A stretch of DNA of 60,658 nucleotides, filler included. It is 4 parts of 4 records of this genome, joined end to end, with 100 filler letters (N's around TTAATTAATTAA, not from the genome) between each part and the next. Parts side by side here need not be neighbours in the genome. Positions count along the whole stretch, not along the records: positions 54,498 to 60,658 come from DRR723986_649; 3 more parts are not named here. One strand, written 5' to 3'. Made by a program: the position numbers and the translations under genes. This document shows, piece after piece, positions 59,563 through 60,658 of this stretch (position 1 is the first letter of the stretch; every line of letters starts with the position of its first letter). The notes beneath the pieces were generated by a model that saw only the letters and a list, made by a program, of their open reading frames with translations, was not told where the DNA came from and made no database searches.

Positions 59563-60366
59563 TTATGCAAAAATCACTTCAACAACATCATCATAGTTAG
59601 TGTTAAACCTCAGGGCAAAGTTAGCGTTTTTAACACCCAGCTCAACAAAACCGCTACTGCCGATATAGGCCAGGGCTTCAAACTCATCAACTTGAGAATA
59701 GTGTTCACTTAGCCCGACTATCTTCAAATCACCGCAGTGGAATTCAAGTGTTGCATATGACTCAGGCGGCAAATCTTCGGCGCGGATATTAGTTATACTA
59801 TTGCCAAAGTGATCGATGTCAACAACTACTCCGAACAAGCCCCTGGCAGTTTCACGCGATTTAAACCAGTCATAAACTGCAAGGCTGTTAACATCAACTT
59901 CCCGTCCGAGTTCGCCCGGCACACCGTTCTGTTTGGCTAACAATGCAGCCGCCGGCGCAAACACATCACGTCCGTGGAAGGTTGCCGAAATGTGTGCAGA
60001 TGCAAGCGCATTAACATTTATCTCATAGGCCGCATCAATTGCTGTGCGCGTAGCCACCCCACTTATCAAGCCATTATCGGGCAGCACGTGCCACTGTTCA
60101 CCGCAGCGCAGCATTAACATCCGCCGCTGACTGCCAACTCCAGGATCAACTACGCTCAGGAATATTGCTGGAGACTTAACATAGGGCACGGCACTCATCA
60201 GGCGATACGCTCCGGCACGGATCTTTTGTGCGGGCACGGCATGTGTTAAGTCAATCATTTTGGTCTGCGGCGCAATTGCATGCATCACGGCGTGCATCAC
60301 TCCGACGTAGACATCGGATGTTCCAAAATCTGTCAGCAGGAATATTGTCATGGCATTTTGTGGCAT
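59563..60366 (-). CDS. DUF62 S-adenosyl-L-methionine hydrolase (chlorinase/fluorinase superfamily)
   Basis: LLTDFG, IDLTH, VVDPGVGSQRR, PDNG, SATFHGRDVFAP and DHFGN motifs. Confidence 0.9.
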   Translation of the reverse strand: MPQNAMTIFLLTDFGTSDVYVGVMHAVMHAIAPQTKMIDLTHAVPAQKIRAGAYRLMSAVPYVKSPAIFLSVVDPGVGSQRRMLMLRCGEQWHVLPDNGLISGVATRTAIDAAYEINVNALASAHISATFHGRDVFAPAAALLAKQNGVPGELGREVDVNSLAVYDWFKSRETARGLFGVVVDIDHFGNSITNIRAEDLPPESYATLEFHCGDLKIVGLSEHYSQVDEFEALAYIGSSGFVELGVKNANFALRFNTNYDDVVEVIFA

Positions 60367-60658
60367 GGAGTTCTGCGGCCCGGCGTCACCGAATCTACGT
60401 TTTACAATCTATACATCAGAAACTTCAGATTTTGACGTGCGGCATCCTGTTTTGGTGTGCCGCGCAGGCATGCGGGTTACGTTCCGGTCTTGAGCATACA
60501 CCGCCTCGCCCCCTTCAAGTTGACAGCGTGGAATTTCTGTGTATTGATTGGCTGGTGGCTTGCTTTTTTTCTTCTTGTTTTGCGCTGAGTCTTCAGCCTA
60601 AAATATGCGACGCAAAGTCTGATCTAAAGGCTCCAAGCTCAAAGACGTGTAGAATTAC

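Noticed and set aside
59563..60366. SAM-dependent fluorinase or chlorinase
   Set aside because: Has the Asp-Arg-His signature of DUF62 SAM hydrolases (VVDPGVGSQRR, TFHGRD) rather than the Tyr-containing halogenase motif, and no biosynthetic cluster is nearby
1..60658. tRNA, rRNA, CRISPR array, transposase, integrase or prophage genes
   Set aside because: None recognised on reading the intergenic regions and ORFs; a tRNAscan/Infernal run would be needed to exclude small RNAs fully

Overview
The window is not one locus. It is four assembly contigs joined by three artificial 100-bp linkers (N44-TTAATTAATTAA-N44 at 14176-14275, 39175-39274 and 54398-54497). Contig A (1-14175, GC-rich, Roseibium/Labrenzia-like Hyphomicrobiales by inference) carries fba, a thiE-like gene, a Sel1 protein, efp, suhB, an orphan MotA/MotB-like pair, a TRAP/TAXI transporter, trcR, a quinone oxidoreductase, DUF1192, a structured sRNA, rcdA and the 3' end of rpmE. 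Contig B (14276-39174, mid-GC alphaproteobacterium, Kordiimonas-like by inference) carries at least four tandem duplicated MacB/FtsX-type permeases, an acyl-CoA ligase, a PAS-like protein, a large NAD-glutamate dehydrogenase, pirin, LysR, an orphan glycosyltransferase-like gene, a membrane XRE regulator, a secreted S33 peptidase, infC (ATA start) and partial thrS. Contig C (39275-54397, lower-GC alphaproteobacterium) carries partial recN, bamD, an XRE regulator, ilvE, a PetP-like MarR, petABC, trmL, hemF, CCA enzyme, Nudix, DUF1285, a GNAT with an unannotated Arg-rich leader ORF, an M28 peptidase and partial groEL. Contig D (54498-60658, FCB-group by inference) carries a T9SS-sorted acidic protein, ppx/gppA, a putative outer-membrane protein and a DUF62 SAM hydrolase. 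I saw no rRNA, tRNA, CRISPR array, transposase or phage genes. The best leads are the paralogous permease array with conserved coupling motifs but divergent periplasmic domains, a cytochrome b whose Qi-site His217 is replaced ([13 protein letters not shown]), the Arg-rich leader peptide, the orphan ion-motor pair and the PAS-like gene next to GDH. All calls come from motif recognition without database searches, and the taxonomic labels are inferences.
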